The notes: generated from the sequence alone by a model not told the origin. DNA of 54,967 bases from an uncultured Candidatus Saccharibacteria bacterium (GCA_964483665.1 CAZACP010000008.1:1-54967); one strand, 5' to 3'. Shown: positions 34,350 through 42,842, counted from the stretch's first letter. Translations and numbers: made by a program.

Positions 34350-35011
34350 TTAAATGACACAAGCACGGTCATTTCCCCTTTAATAGCCGCGCGGTCTTTA
34401 AGTTGGTGTATTACGTCGTCCGGAGTGCCTCGAATGAATTCTTCATGCATTTTGGTAAGCTCGCGCGCTATTACAACTTGGGAATTTGGAAAGGCGTTGG
34501 AAATATAGGAAAGAGTTTTAAGTATTCGTTCAGGACTTTCGTAAAAAATGGCAGTAGCTTCTGCGTCCGCGGCAGACTGCAAAGCCGAAACCGCCTTTGC
34601 CGCGGTTTTTTGCAAAAAACCTAAAAACATAAATTTGTCCGTAGGAAGACCGGAGGCGGACAGCGCCACAATGGCCGCACTTGCTCCGGGGATGGGAACT
34701 ACGGCTACGTTTTGCGCTACGCATTCACGAACTAGCCTAAAGCCTGGGTCACTAATTCCGGGAGTTCCTGCGTCGGTTATTAAACAACCGTCTTGTTTTT
34801 GTAAGCGCCGGGTTAATTCTTTTACCACCTGCTGTTCGTTAAATTCCGCAAACTGTACGACCTCTTTTGGCCAGGCGTCTATATGCTGAAGCAGTCTGTT
34901 GCTATAACCTGGGTTTTCGGCAATTACAAAATTGCATGACTTAAGGCTTTTTATAGCTCTTAAAGTAATGTCTTCTAAGTTTCCTATTGGAGTTGCGACA
35001 ACGTACAACAT
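34343..35011 (-). CDS. rsmI: 16S rRNA C1402 2'-O-methyltransferase RsmI
   Basis: LYVVATPIGNLEDIT, TDAGTPGISDPG, YESPER, ARELTKMHEE. Confidence 0.96.
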   Translation of the reverse strand: MLYVVATPIGNLEDITLRAIKSLKSCNFVIAENPGYSNRLLQHIDAWPKEVVQFAEFNEQQVVKELTRRLQKQDGCLITDAGTPGISDPGFRLVRECVAQNVAVVPIPGASAAIVALSASGLPTDKFMFLGFLQKTAAKAVSALQSAADAEATAIFYESPERILKTLSYISNAFPNSQVVIARELTKMHEEFIRGTPDDVIHQLKDRAAIKGEMTVLVSFKN

Positions 35012-35020
35012 ATATTTATT

Positions 35021-35095
35021 AAATACTAATAATTACTAATATACCAATCCTTTTGTTTGATATTAGTATATTAGTATAGATTCGTATTTAGTAAA
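35021..35095. repeat. 75-bp TACTAAT/ATTAGTA element, copy 2
   Basis: Homologous to 10994-11068. Confidence 0.8.
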
Positions 35096-35096
35096 T

Positions 35097-35369
35097 CTAT
35101 TCATCTGTAGATTCTAAACCAAACATTTCTTCTATGAGCTGATATTTATTATGCAGCATTTCCCGGTATTCTCCTAATTCCCATTTAGCGTCGCCACTTG
35201 CCTGCTCATATTCTTCTTGGGTGTCTTTAAGTTCTTTGTCTATGTCCTCCAAAATTTCGTAAGCCTGGTCTTCGGTTTGCGGAGCCTGGTCCATCCACTC
35301 GTCAAAATCCATAGTTAAAAGTTTCTGATATTTTTCTTCGTATATTTCTTTTAATTTTGCCAAATCCAT
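35097..35369 (-). CDS. Acidic helical hypothetical protein
   Basis: 90-aa ORF, host-like codon usage, collinear with rsmI. Confidence 0.75.
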   Translation of the reverse strand: MDLAKLKEIYEEKYQKLLTMDFDEWMDQAPQTEDQAYEILEDIDKELKDTQEEYEQASGDAKWELGEYREMLHNKYQLIEEMFGLESTDE

Positions 35370-35386
35370 AAGCTCGTTTTAAGCAC

Positions 35387-35467
35387 CACAGAAAACTACA
35401 AAATTTAAGCAACTTTTGTAATTCAGGTTCTGCAGTTTTCTGTAGATTAATTATTAGTTTCTGTAAT
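35387..35467 (-). repeat. CAGAAAAC arm hairpin upstream of the 90-aa gene
   Basis: cacagaaaactacaaaat versus gttctgcagttttctgta; mismatches become G-U pairs on the minus strand. Confidence 0.6.
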
Positions 35468-35493
35468 TTATTTTACAATAATTTTGATATTTT

Positions 35494-35715
35494 AAAAACC
35501 CCTAATTCCACCAACTCCTTCAGGGAGTATTTTGGTAGCAGGGGTTTTTTGGATGAAAAGCCAAAAAGAAGAGTCTTTTAGCCTATGGATTAACCCGTAG
35601 GCTAACCGCCCAATAAATTGAGGCGATAATGCCGCTAAAGCGGGTTACAATTTTTTTTATTTAATTGTGTTTTATTTTTGTTTCGTTCTCCAAATGGAGA
35701 AGAATTAGCTTTTCT
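35494..35715 (-). ncRNA. Candidate structured RNA with its own promoter and terminator
   Basis: TTGCAA(35750-45)-17-TATAAT(35727-22); 10-bp closing stem 35705-14/35555-64; several internal hairpins; terminator 35494-35549; no SD-led ORF. Confidence 0.5.
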
Positions 35716-35759
35716 ATATACATTATAGCAGATCCAAAGAATTTTTGCAAGAGTAAAAA

Positions 35760-36542
35760 TTATTTATTTGAATTTCTATCAAGTCTTTTTGCTTCCGCCC
35801 ACGCAAGGTTATAAATTGTTTTCATAGCGGCACTTATTTCTTTGCTTTCTATAATTATGCCAAGTTTTTCTTTCCAAGAAGCTATCATTACTTTGTTATC
35901 ATAAATATTTATTTCGGGTGAAAAGTAAACTTTGTCAGCCGGTACGAGCGCGGATTCCCTAGCTTCCTCCGCGTCTTTGCCCGCTCTTTCTACCCCAGCT
36001 TCGTTGGAAGGAACTATGGCTTTTATATGAATGCCTTTATTGGTTCTTCTTTTGTAATATTTAGGAAAATAATCAGGCAAGGCTTTGTGCATTTCGTTTA
36101 CGTTAGCATAAGCTAAAATGGTTTCGTGCGATGCTAGTGTGTCCTCATAAACTTGCTCAACACCCTTCATGCCCTCATAGAACATAACTTTCGGCCTATC
36201 TGTAATATTGTGTAGAGATTTAAGCTGTGGCACCAAATTTTGTGCTTGTAAAAGCTCTTGTTGTTTTGTTTCTATTTCATCTTGAATTTTTTTTAATATT
36301 TTGTCCGGGCTTTCAGCGACGTATTCCTGAAGCGGTTCTTTGCCTGAAATACTAACCAAGCCTTTTGAAATTAAAGACTCTAAGATGTCATAAACCGTAG
36401 TTCTGTTTATACCCGACTTTCTGGCAATTGGCGAAACAGTTCTTTTGCCTAATTCCAATAAAGCCAAATAGACCAAGGCTTCTTTTTCAGAAAAACCAAT
36501 CGAAATTAGACTTTTATATAGAGGAGAGTTAATGTCTAGCAT
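35760..36542 (-). CDS. TrmB-family transcriptional regulator (paralog 4)
   Basis: Start MLDINS at 36542, 6 nt after TATACT; GFSEKEALVY...INRTTVY; PKVMFYEG; EINIYDNKV. Confidence 0.88.
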   Translation of the reverse strand: MLDINSPLYKSLISIGFSEKEALVYLALLELGKRTVSPIARKSGINRTTVYDILESLISKGLVSISGKEPLQEYVAESPDKILKKIQDEIETKQQELLQAQNLVPQLKSLHNITDRPKVMFYEGMKGVEQVYEDTLASHETILAYANVNEMHKALPDYFPKYYKRRTNKGIHIKAIVPSNEAGVERAGKDAEEARESALVPADKVYFSPEINIYDNKVMIASWKEKLGIIIESKEISAAMKTIYNLAWAEAKRLDRNSNK

Positions 36543-36653
36543 ATATAAAGTATATGCTATTTCTTGAATTGTGTCAATAGCTTTCCACAAAAAATATAAA
36601 ATATAGAAATTTAGCCTAAATAAAACCTTTTTACACAATGAAAATGACGCTTA

Positions 36654-36685
36654 ATATTGACAATATATTAAATATACTGTATTAT
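36654..36685 (+). promoter_or_regulatory. Cargo promoter TTGACA-17-TATTAT with palindrome ATATTG-A-CAATAT over the -35
   Basis: Read directly at 36654-36666 (palindrome), 36657-62 (-35) and 36680-85 (-10). Confidence 0.6.
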
Positions 36686-36775
36686 TACACGTTAAAACAA
36701 AAATCACCCGGCGGGGTTTAAACGTATAAGAAAATTAGTTTAGTTTTTTTGAAAGAGTGAGTTATAAGGAGGTTT

Positions 36776-37186
36776 ATGAAGTTAACCATGAATACGGCTT
36801 TGGTTATTGCGATCCCTTGCCCCCACTGCGGGAGGATTCAGGGCCCGCACAAACCTGGATGTTTACAAACCCAACTTTTAGAGCTGTGCACAAAGAGAAG
36901 GCATCTTTCATGCCCCCTCTGCGACAAGAACGCCGTGGATGTTAACAATAACGATTATTGGGAATGCCGCGAGTGTTGCGCCCAGTTCAGGAACGGAAAA
37001 TTGGATGTTTCGCGTTTGTCTTCGAAGGACGGCAAACAGCATATGATAATTGATTTTAATGAGGACTGCGTCTATCCCGTGCTTCTTTTGTCCAGAAAAG
37101 GGCGCGGCAATTTTCCTATCGATCGAGCGATTCGTAAAATCGAATGCAAGATCGAAAGAAAGGCGAACAAACAAGAAGGCAAATAA
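36776..37186 (+). CDS. Cys-rich, probably Zn-binding hypothetical protein (cargo of trmB-4)
   Basis: CPHC..HKPGC and CPLC...CREC motifs; SD AAGGAGG. Confidence 0.75.
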   Translation: MKLTMNTALVIAIPCPHCGRIQGPHKPGCLQTQLLELCTKRRHLSCPLCDKNAVDVNNNDYWECRECCAQFRNGKLDVSRLSSKDGKQHMIIDFNEDCVYPVLLLSRKGRGNFPIDRAIRKIECKIERKANKQEGK

Positions 37187-37268
37187 GAGCCTTGTCCCCC
37201 ACAAATTTAAACCCCGCTGCTTGCAAGCGGCGAAGCAAAAGATAGGTGATCCGTACGGATTCCTGTCT

Positions 37269-38045
37269 TTATTTTTTACCGTCCTGTCTTTTCGCCTCAA
37301 GCCACGCCAGTTCAAATATCTTTTTCATCGCCTCGGCAATTTCGGCACTTTCTATGGTGATACCAAGTTCTTCGCGCCAAGAGGCTATCATAATTTTGTT
37401 GTTGTAAATATTAATTTCTGGAGTAAAGGAATATTTGTCGGCAGGGACCAGCGCGGTTTGCCTTATTTGAATTTTGTCGTCTTTTCTAAGTTCCCTTGCG
37501 GCTGGGGTGTCCGGAAAAATTGCGCGAATAGGAATTTTCTTTTTTGCACGTCTAAAGTAATAGTCCGGAAAATATTCAGGCAAAGCCACGTTGTTGTCTT
37601 CAACATGGGCAAAAGCCCGAATAGGCTCCTTGGAAGTTAAGGTGTCTTCGTATACTTCTTTTATGCCTTCCATTCCTTCATAAAATCTAACCTTTGGCCT
37701 GTCTTTTACATTATGAATACTTTTAAGTTGCGGGATTATGTTTTTTGCTTGTTCTATAAACGCTTGGTTTTTTTCTATGTAGTGGTTAAACATAGCAATT
37801 ATTTTGTCTGGGTTTTCCGCCGCGTATTCTTGTTTTGGCTCTTTGCCGGAAATATTTACTACCCCCCTGGTAAGTAACGAATTTAAAATATGGTAACAAG
37901 TAGTTCTGTTTATAGCTGCTCTTTGTGCTATTTGTGATACAGTACCCTTGCCAAGTTCGAGTAAAGACAGATAAATGTCTGCTTCTTTGCTCGAGAAACC
38001 TAAAGTGATAAGCGAATTTTGAAGTATAAAATGTTGTTCTTGCAT
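37269..38045 (-). CDS. TrmB-family transcriptional regulator (paralog 5)
   Basis: GFSSKEADIY...INRTTCY; close paralog of 35760-36542. Confidence 0.88.
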   Translation of the reverse strand: MQEQHFILQNSLITLGFSSKEADIYLSLLELGKGTVSQIAQRAAINRTTCYHILNSLLTRGVVNISGKEPKQEYAAENPDKIIAMFNHYIEKNQAFIEQAKNIIPQLKSIHNVKDRPKVRFYEGMEGIKEVYEDTLTSKEPIRAFAHVEDNNVALPEYFPDYYFRRAKKKIPIRAIFPDTPAARELRKDDKIQIRQTALVPADKYSFTPEINIYNNKIMIASWREELGITIESAEIAEAMKKIFELAWLEAKRQDGKK

Positions 38046-38050
38046 ATAAG

Positions 38051-38063
38051 GTCTAATTTAGAC
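38051..38063. promoter_or_regulatory. Candidate operator GTCTAA-T-TTAGAC between the trmB-5 promoter and its start codon
   Basis: Perfect palindrome downstream of TTGACA-17-TATACT on the minus strand. Confidence 0.55.
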
Positions 38064-38232
38064 TTAACTAGTATAGTTATGTTTTAATTTTGTGTCAATT
38101 TTTTTGCACAAAAATTTATTATTTTAAATATATCTTATAAACAAAAGCAAAAATGAATTTATTTTGACCATAAATCTTGACAGTATATGAAATATATGTT
38201 AAATTAACGGGTCTCAAAAGGAGGAGACTAGT

Positions 38233-38817
38233 GTGGAGACCCTGCTTCAAATTTGGGGAGGGTTGTTCTACACCCTCAACAAGATTTTCTTTGCTTTCTC
38301 TGAACAAGCCAAAGCACGGGGTAAGCTGGTTTTGTACAAACAATGGCGCGTTGGTTCTTGGGTCTTGTACCTGCTTGGTCTGCCGGCTTGGGTGATTCTT
38401 CTGGCGGGCAAGCATGCGTGGATAGCTGCGGCTTTGGAGGCCGGCGGCGGTCCGGCGATGCTGCTTGGTCTGGTAACCGCTTTGCGAGGTACTGCCAAAG
38501 ACCCGCCTAAGTGGTTAGACCGTCTTGCCTTTTACTGCATTGTATTGGGTCTTGGGTATAGCGTGTATGACTTTGGGGGAATTAACACTCTTGCTCAATG
38601 GTTGGAGCTTGGCCTTGCTTCAGGCTATTTGGTCGGAACCTACAAGCTGGCGCGGGAACACAGTAGCGGGTATCTTTGGTACTTGTTAATGCACATATCT
38701 TGCGGCTGGCTAATGCTGGTTTCTGGCTACTACGGCTTGGCTTTCCAGCAAGGCCTGTCATTGGTGTTTATTACGGACGCTTATCGAATCTCAAGGAGAG
38801 GGAACAATGAAAAGTAG
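38233..38817 (+). CDS. Polytopic membrane protein (cargo of trmB-5)
   Basis: About 6-7 TM segments; SD AGGAGG; GTG start; GC-richer than neighbours. Confidence 0.75.
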   Translation: METLLQIWGGLFYTLNKIFFAFSEQAKARGKLVLYKQWRVGSWVLYLLGLPAWVILLAGKHAWIAAALEAGGGPAMLLGLVTALRGTAKDPPKWLDRLAFYCIVLGLGYSVYDFGGINTLAQWLELGLASGYLVGTYKLAREHSSGYLWYLLMHISCGWLMLVSGYYGLAFQQGLSLVFITDAYRISRRGNNEK

Positions 38818-39271
38818 AATTGTCGCGGGACAGCATAGCTTGTCTCTATGTGAGGAGAAAAAACTATACAAACTAGCTGATACGCAACTCGAAGATAAAA
38901 TTCGAGAGACGCTTCCTGTGCTTGTTTCTGCTCATCTATCGCAGTTTAGCGAGCTGCAATCGGAAATCAAACTGTTCAACTCCTTGCTCTGGATTTACAT
39001 TCAGCGGAAAGGGGTTCTGGAAAGGGTAGCCGACAATGTTCGTTTGTTGCTTTGGGTCCAATACCGAATTTCAAGCATTAACGCATTTGCTGCAAAACTT
39101 GGATTAAACCCGTCCTTTGTTGGCGGACTCCTTGGAGGGGAAGAAGCTAAATTGGGTGGTTGGAACTTGGCGAATTTGATGAGGATATGCGGGGTGTTGA
39201 AGGTAAGTCCGGAGGTTTTGTTGTTTGCGGATTTGGCAGCAGCGGTTCGTGCGGTGTCGGGGACGAAATAG
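38807..39271 (+). CDS. Protein with C-terminal XRE-type helix-turn-helix
   Basis: SINAFAAKLGLNPSFVGGLLGG...NLANLMRICGVLKVSPEVLL. Confidence 0.65.
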   Translation: MKSRIVAGQHSLSLCEEKKLYKLADTQLEDKIRETLPVLVSAHLSQFSELQSEIKLFNSLLWIYIQRKGVLERVADNVRLLLWVQYRISSINAFAAKLGLNPSFVGGLLGGEEAKLGGWNLANLMRICGVLKVSPEVLLFADLAAAVRAVSGTK

Positions 39272-39345
39272 ATGGGATGGCTAATAATTTAACGAAACAC
39301 CACAACTTCGGTATTGGTCTGTGAGAGCCTCATCCTTACAAATTA

Positions 39346-39386
39346 AAAAGGCAGGTTTCGCGTCCGCGATCCTGCCTTTCTTTTTT
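39346..39386. terminator. Bidirectional terminator
   Basis: aaaggcagg...cctgccttt plus T-run. Confidence 0.75.
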
Positions 39387-39392
39387 ATTTTT

Positions 39393-39665
39393 TTATGAAA
39401 CCGAAATTTTCAGTTTGGCATCTAAGGCCTCAGTTAACCTATATAGAAACTGCAAAGAAGGACTGAAGTCGCCCCGTTCGAGGCGGGATATTACAGGTTG
39501 TTTGGTATTGGCTTTTATTGCGAGTTGTTTTTGGGTTAAGCCTTCTTTTAGGCGTTTTTCTATTATCATTTCAACCACGGCAAATTCCGGACCTAGGTCT
39601 TTATAGGCTTTTTTTATTTTTTTATTTTTTAGTAGCTGTCTTTTTAAATTTTTATAGCTATTCAT
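39393..39665 (-). CDS. HigA-type XRE HTH antitoxin
   Basis: RLKEGLTQKQLAIKANTKQPVISRLERG. Confidence 0.85.
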   Translation of the reverse strand: MNSYKNLKRQLLKNKKIKKAYKDLGPEFAVVEMIIEKRLKEGLTQKQLAIKANTKQPVISRLERGDFSPSLQFLYRLTEALDAKLKISVS

Positions 39666-39723
39666 AAATATTAGATAGGTTAGTGTACTTGCACATGTAA
39701 TATACTCTATAGGTTATATTGTG

Positions 39724-40032
39724 TCAAGCTGTCAAAATCCTATATTTGTTTAATGCTTTTTCTATTTCTTTTTGAGGTGCTTTTTCGGATTTTTTTATAT
39801 ACCCTGATAGCAGATAGATTTGATTTTTGTGAAAACAATAAAATATCCGCACTTCCTGTTGCCCTCTTGCTCTTAGTTCAAAAAGACTATCTATTATTTT
39901 TTTACTGTGAGGCGTGCTAAGATAAGAACCAAATTTTTCAAGTAAATCAATCGTCCTTAACACTTTTGCGACTGTTTGTGTTTCCAAAGAGTAAATAAAT
40001 TTTTCCACAGATGAATCTATATGAATTTGCAT
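39724..40032 (-). CDS. RelE/HigB-type (Gp49-like) toxin
   Basis: PHSKKIIDSLFELRARGQQEVRIFYCF...GYIKKSEKAP; toxin lies upstream of antitoxin. Confidence 0.85.
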   Translation of the reverse strand: MQIHIDSSVEKFIYSLETQTVAKVLRTIDLLEKFGSYLSTPHSKKIIDSLFELRARGQQEVRIFYCFHKNQIYLLSGYIKKSEKAPQKEIEKALNKYRILTA

Positions 40033-40038
40033 ATAAAT

Positions 40039-40596
40039 TTATCTTATTTGGCTTTTTACATATTTCAACAACACACTGCCTTTGTTGTTAAGTTTTTTTA
40101 TTGAAGCAAGTTTGAATTTGTTATTTAAAACAGTGTCTCCAAACAAACTAATTCCTTGGCCAAAAACAAGCGGTTCGATGGTTAAATATAGTTCATCTAA
40201 CAAATTATTTTTTAAACAATATGCGTAGGTTTGCGCTCCGCCTAAAATGGCAACTTTTTTATATTTAAGTTTAGCAATTAATTTTTTAACATCGATTTTA
40301 CTTGGATTACAATATAAAAGTTTGTCTGATTTTTTTACCGCACCCTCACCCCGACCCTCTCCCACAGGGAGAGGGGGAAGAGAACGGCTAAAAACAAGAC
40401 AATTTCTTTTGCTCAAAGGCTTTATGGCAGTTTGGTAGGTGTTGTTGCCGACTATTACCAAATCGCAAGTATCAAGTAGCGCACGCATAAAAACTTTGTC
40501 TTCTTTGCTAGTCCAGGAAGAGTTGTGCTTGGGGCCTTTGGCAATGCGCCCGTCCAAGGTAATTGCAGCTATGGCTATGAATTTAGGATTGACCAT
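40039..40596 (-). CDS. Dihydrofolate reductase / RibD C-terminal-like protein
   Basis: AAITLDGRIA, VIVGNNTY, ILGGAQTY, LDELYLTIEPLVFGQG. Confidence 0.85.
   Translation of the reverse strand: MVNPKFIAIAAITLDGRIAKGPKHNSSWTSKEDKVFMRALLDTCDLVIVGNNTYQTAIKPLSKRNCLVFSRSLPPLPVGEGRGEGAVKKSDKLLYCNPSKIDVKKLIAKLKYKKVAILGGAQTYAYCLKNNLLDELYLTIEPLVFGQGISLFGDTVLNNKFKLASIKKLNNKGSVLLKYVKSQIR
40343..40375. repeat. CCCTCTCCC...GGGAGAGGG palindrome inside the DHFR-like gene
   Basis: ccctcaccccgaccctctcccacagggagaggg; encodes PLPVGEGRGEG. Confidence 0.85.
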
Positions 40597-40694
40597 AATT
40601 GACCAAAATTAAATAAAATTGAGCATAATTGTAAAAATTCAAAACAATGCTATAATTCAGTATCTTTAATAATTATCTTACATTAAGTAACAAA

Positions 40695-41426
40695 ATGCCA
40701 GAGCAAACGCAGGATAAATTTTTAGGCAAAGAGCCTAAATACTACGACCTTTTTATGGCCATGTTTGTAGCCATATTAATAGTTTCGGAAATTACTTCTA
40801 CTAAACTAATTCATATTGGCCCCTTTAGGACAGCCGGAGCAATTATACTTTTTCCTTTGGCTTACATAGTTAGCGACGTCTTAACTGAAGTTTACGGCTA
40901 TGCCAGGGCTAGAAGAGTTATGTGGGTTGGATTTATGTCTTTAATTTTAATGTCCCTAGTTTTAACTATTGTGCAGTATTTGCCGGCTGCGCCTATTTGG
41001 AATAATCAGGAAGCTTACGAAAAAGTTTTAGGCTTTGTACCCAGAATTTCTATAGCCAGCATAATTGCCTATTGGGCCGGCGGGTTTGCCAACGATTTTA
41101 CTTTGGCTAAAATGAAACTTATAACAAAAGGCAAAATGCTTTGGGCTCGCACCATAGGTTCTACCGCGGTTGGTCAGGCTGTAGACTCCGTTTTGTTTAT
41201 AGGTATTGCGTATTATGCAATTTTGCCAATCCAGGTTATTTTGCAAATTGCGTTGACCCAGTATTTACTAAAGCTGACCTATGAGACTGTGGCAACTCCC
41301 CTTACTTATTTTGTGGTAAACAAACTTAAGAAAGCCGAAGGCTTAGATGTCTACGACACCAACACCAATTTTACGCCGTTTAAATTTAAGCTAGACAGAG
41401 AAGCTAGACTTTCCGAAAATGTTTAA
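40695..41426 (+). CDS. yhhQ: Queuosine precursor transporter (YhhQ/VUT family)
   Basis: FPLAYIVSDVLTEVYG, RISIASIIAY, STAVGQAVDS. Confidence 0.88.
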   Translation: MPEQTQDKFLGKEPKYYDLFMAMFVAILIVSEITSTKLIHIGPFRTAGAIILFPLAYIVSDVLTEVYGYARARRVMWVGFMSLILMSLVLTIVQYLPAAPIWNNQEAYEKVLGFVPRISIASIIAYWAGGFANDFTLAKMKLITKGKMLWARTIGSTAVGQAVDSVLFIGIAYYAILPIQVILQIALTQYLLKLTYETVATPLTYFVVNKLKKAEGLDVYDTNTNFTPFKFKLDREARLSENV

Positions 41427-42138
41427 GCAAGGGCTTGTAAATATCTAAATTTGGACTTATTACCAAATTTTTAAACTCGTCTTTATTTGTGAATTGAACT
41501 AACCCCCTTTGTCTTAAAATCACAATCGGGGTTTTTTCATTGCCTTCGCCCATAAGTAATACGGCCATAGCTGAAAGCGTGTCTACAATATTGCTTTGGG
41601 TAACTTTTAATTTTTGGTTAAAGATATCTTTTTTCCCTCTGTAATCTTTAAGTGGTTTAATGCCGTAAAAGCCGGTGCTAATGCCCGTGGTTCCCCACCT
41701 AAGCGGCGCAGTGTGGCTGTCTGTAGCTACAACGCCTAAATTTTTTAATTTATATTTCTTTTTTAAAAATATCCAAATTTCTTTTAAAAGTTTTTGCGTA
41801 TTTTTTGGCCAAAGTATAAAATAGCCATTGCCGTTGCTTTCGTCTATGCCGGCATTTGGAATTAAAGTATGGTCTTTTATGCTAAGAGTAAATTTGTGCC
41901 CTGAAATTTTATGCGCAGGTAAAATATAATCCGCTTCCTTTTGAATTAGTTTAGATTTTAGCCCGCCAGCTGGAGGATTAGATATTTTTATACAGCGGCC
42001 TTGGTGAATGGCTAAAATTTTACTGGTTATAAATACCACATCACCCTCTTTTAACTTAGGCAGATGTTCGGTGAATATTTTATAAATATTGTCCTTGGGC
42101 GGCAATAATTTTCTAGTTTTAACTTTTATAAATTGCAT
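41404..42138 (-). CDS. CofE-family gamma-glutamyl ligase, possibly folate-related
   Basis: ITSKILAIHQG, PNAGIDESN, VVATDS, DIFNQKL, MGEGNEKTP. Confidence 0.82.
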   Translation of the reverse strand: MQFIKVKTRKLLPPKDNIYKIFTEHLPKLKEGDVVFITSKILAIHQGRCIKISNPPAGGLKSKLIQKEADYILPAHKISGHKFTLSIKDHTLIPNAGIDESNGNGYFILWPKNTQKLLKEIWIFLKKKYKLKNLGVVATDSHTAPLRWGTTGISTGFYGIKPLKDYRGKKDIFNQKLKVTQSNIVDTLSAMAVLLMGEGNEKTPIVILRQRGLVQFTNKDEFKNLVISPNLDIYKPLLKHFRKV

Positions 42139-42218
42139 TTGGGCATTATAAAGAACTTGGGTTTTTTAGGCAAAAGGAAAAGCCGGCACCACGAAGTGGG
42201 TGCCGGCCTGGCAAGATT

Positions 42219-42842
42219 CTACCCTGCCATGTCGATGACGTGGAGTTCGAATCTTTCCGGGGGGAGAGACGAAACGGGATCGGGATTGCGGCTCGCCCAC
42301 GCCTTAAAGGTGGAGCTAGCCACAGTCTCGTTTAGGTAGAACAGAAACTGGTTGGAGAAACAGGAAATCGGCGGCGGTTGGCGAAAGGTCAAGCGCAATC
42401 CCACGGCGCGTTTCATATCTACGCCACCAGTTTCGACAGATTTGTCCTGCAGAAGCTGGACGAAGCTGCACCTTCCGGCGTGCGGCCATACATCCGGTCG
42501 TAGCAGCGGCCGAAGGGCTGGGTGCAGCTCAAAGGTGGTTTCGCATTGACGAATCCATTCGAGAATGTCATTCCCCCATCGCCAATGCAGGAGCAGCACC
42601 TTGTATTGCTCGACTAGGTTAATGGCCAGGTCGAAGCGACGTTGTTGTAAGAACATTGGTTCTTCCGGGAAGGGGGCAGGAGGAACCAAATTTTCCGATT
42701 CGACTATGCGTTCCGCCATCCCCACGACTTTGTCGGCGCGGTCTAACTCAATACGGCCATGGACTAGCAGCGGCGGCAGCTCGTGCAGCCTAGTGCCCGG
42801 GATCTCTACGAATTTCCGTTCGCCGATGATGTCGACGCTCAT
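42219..42842 (-). CDS. Hypothetical protein, GC-rich
   Basis: 207-aa ORF, SD AAGGAGG, downstream hairpin. Confidence 0.75.
   Translation of the reverse strand: MSVDIIGERKFVEIPGTRLHELPPLLVHGRIELDRADKVVGMAERIVESENLVPPAPFPEEPMFLQQRRFDLAINLVEQYKVLLLHWRWGNDILEWIRQCETTFELHPALRPLLRPDVWPHAGRCSFVQLLQDKSVETGGVDMKRAVGLRLTFRQPPPISCFSNQFLFYLNETVASSTFKAWASRNPDPVSSLPPERFELHVIDMAG

Noticed and set aside
39393-40032. Prophage, because of the Gp49-like toxin and XRE genes
   Set aside because: No structural, terminase, integrase or replication phage genes nearby.
40597-40694. preQ1 riboswitch upstream of yhhQ
   Set aside because: The short AT-rich spacer has no preQ1 stem or conserved loop.
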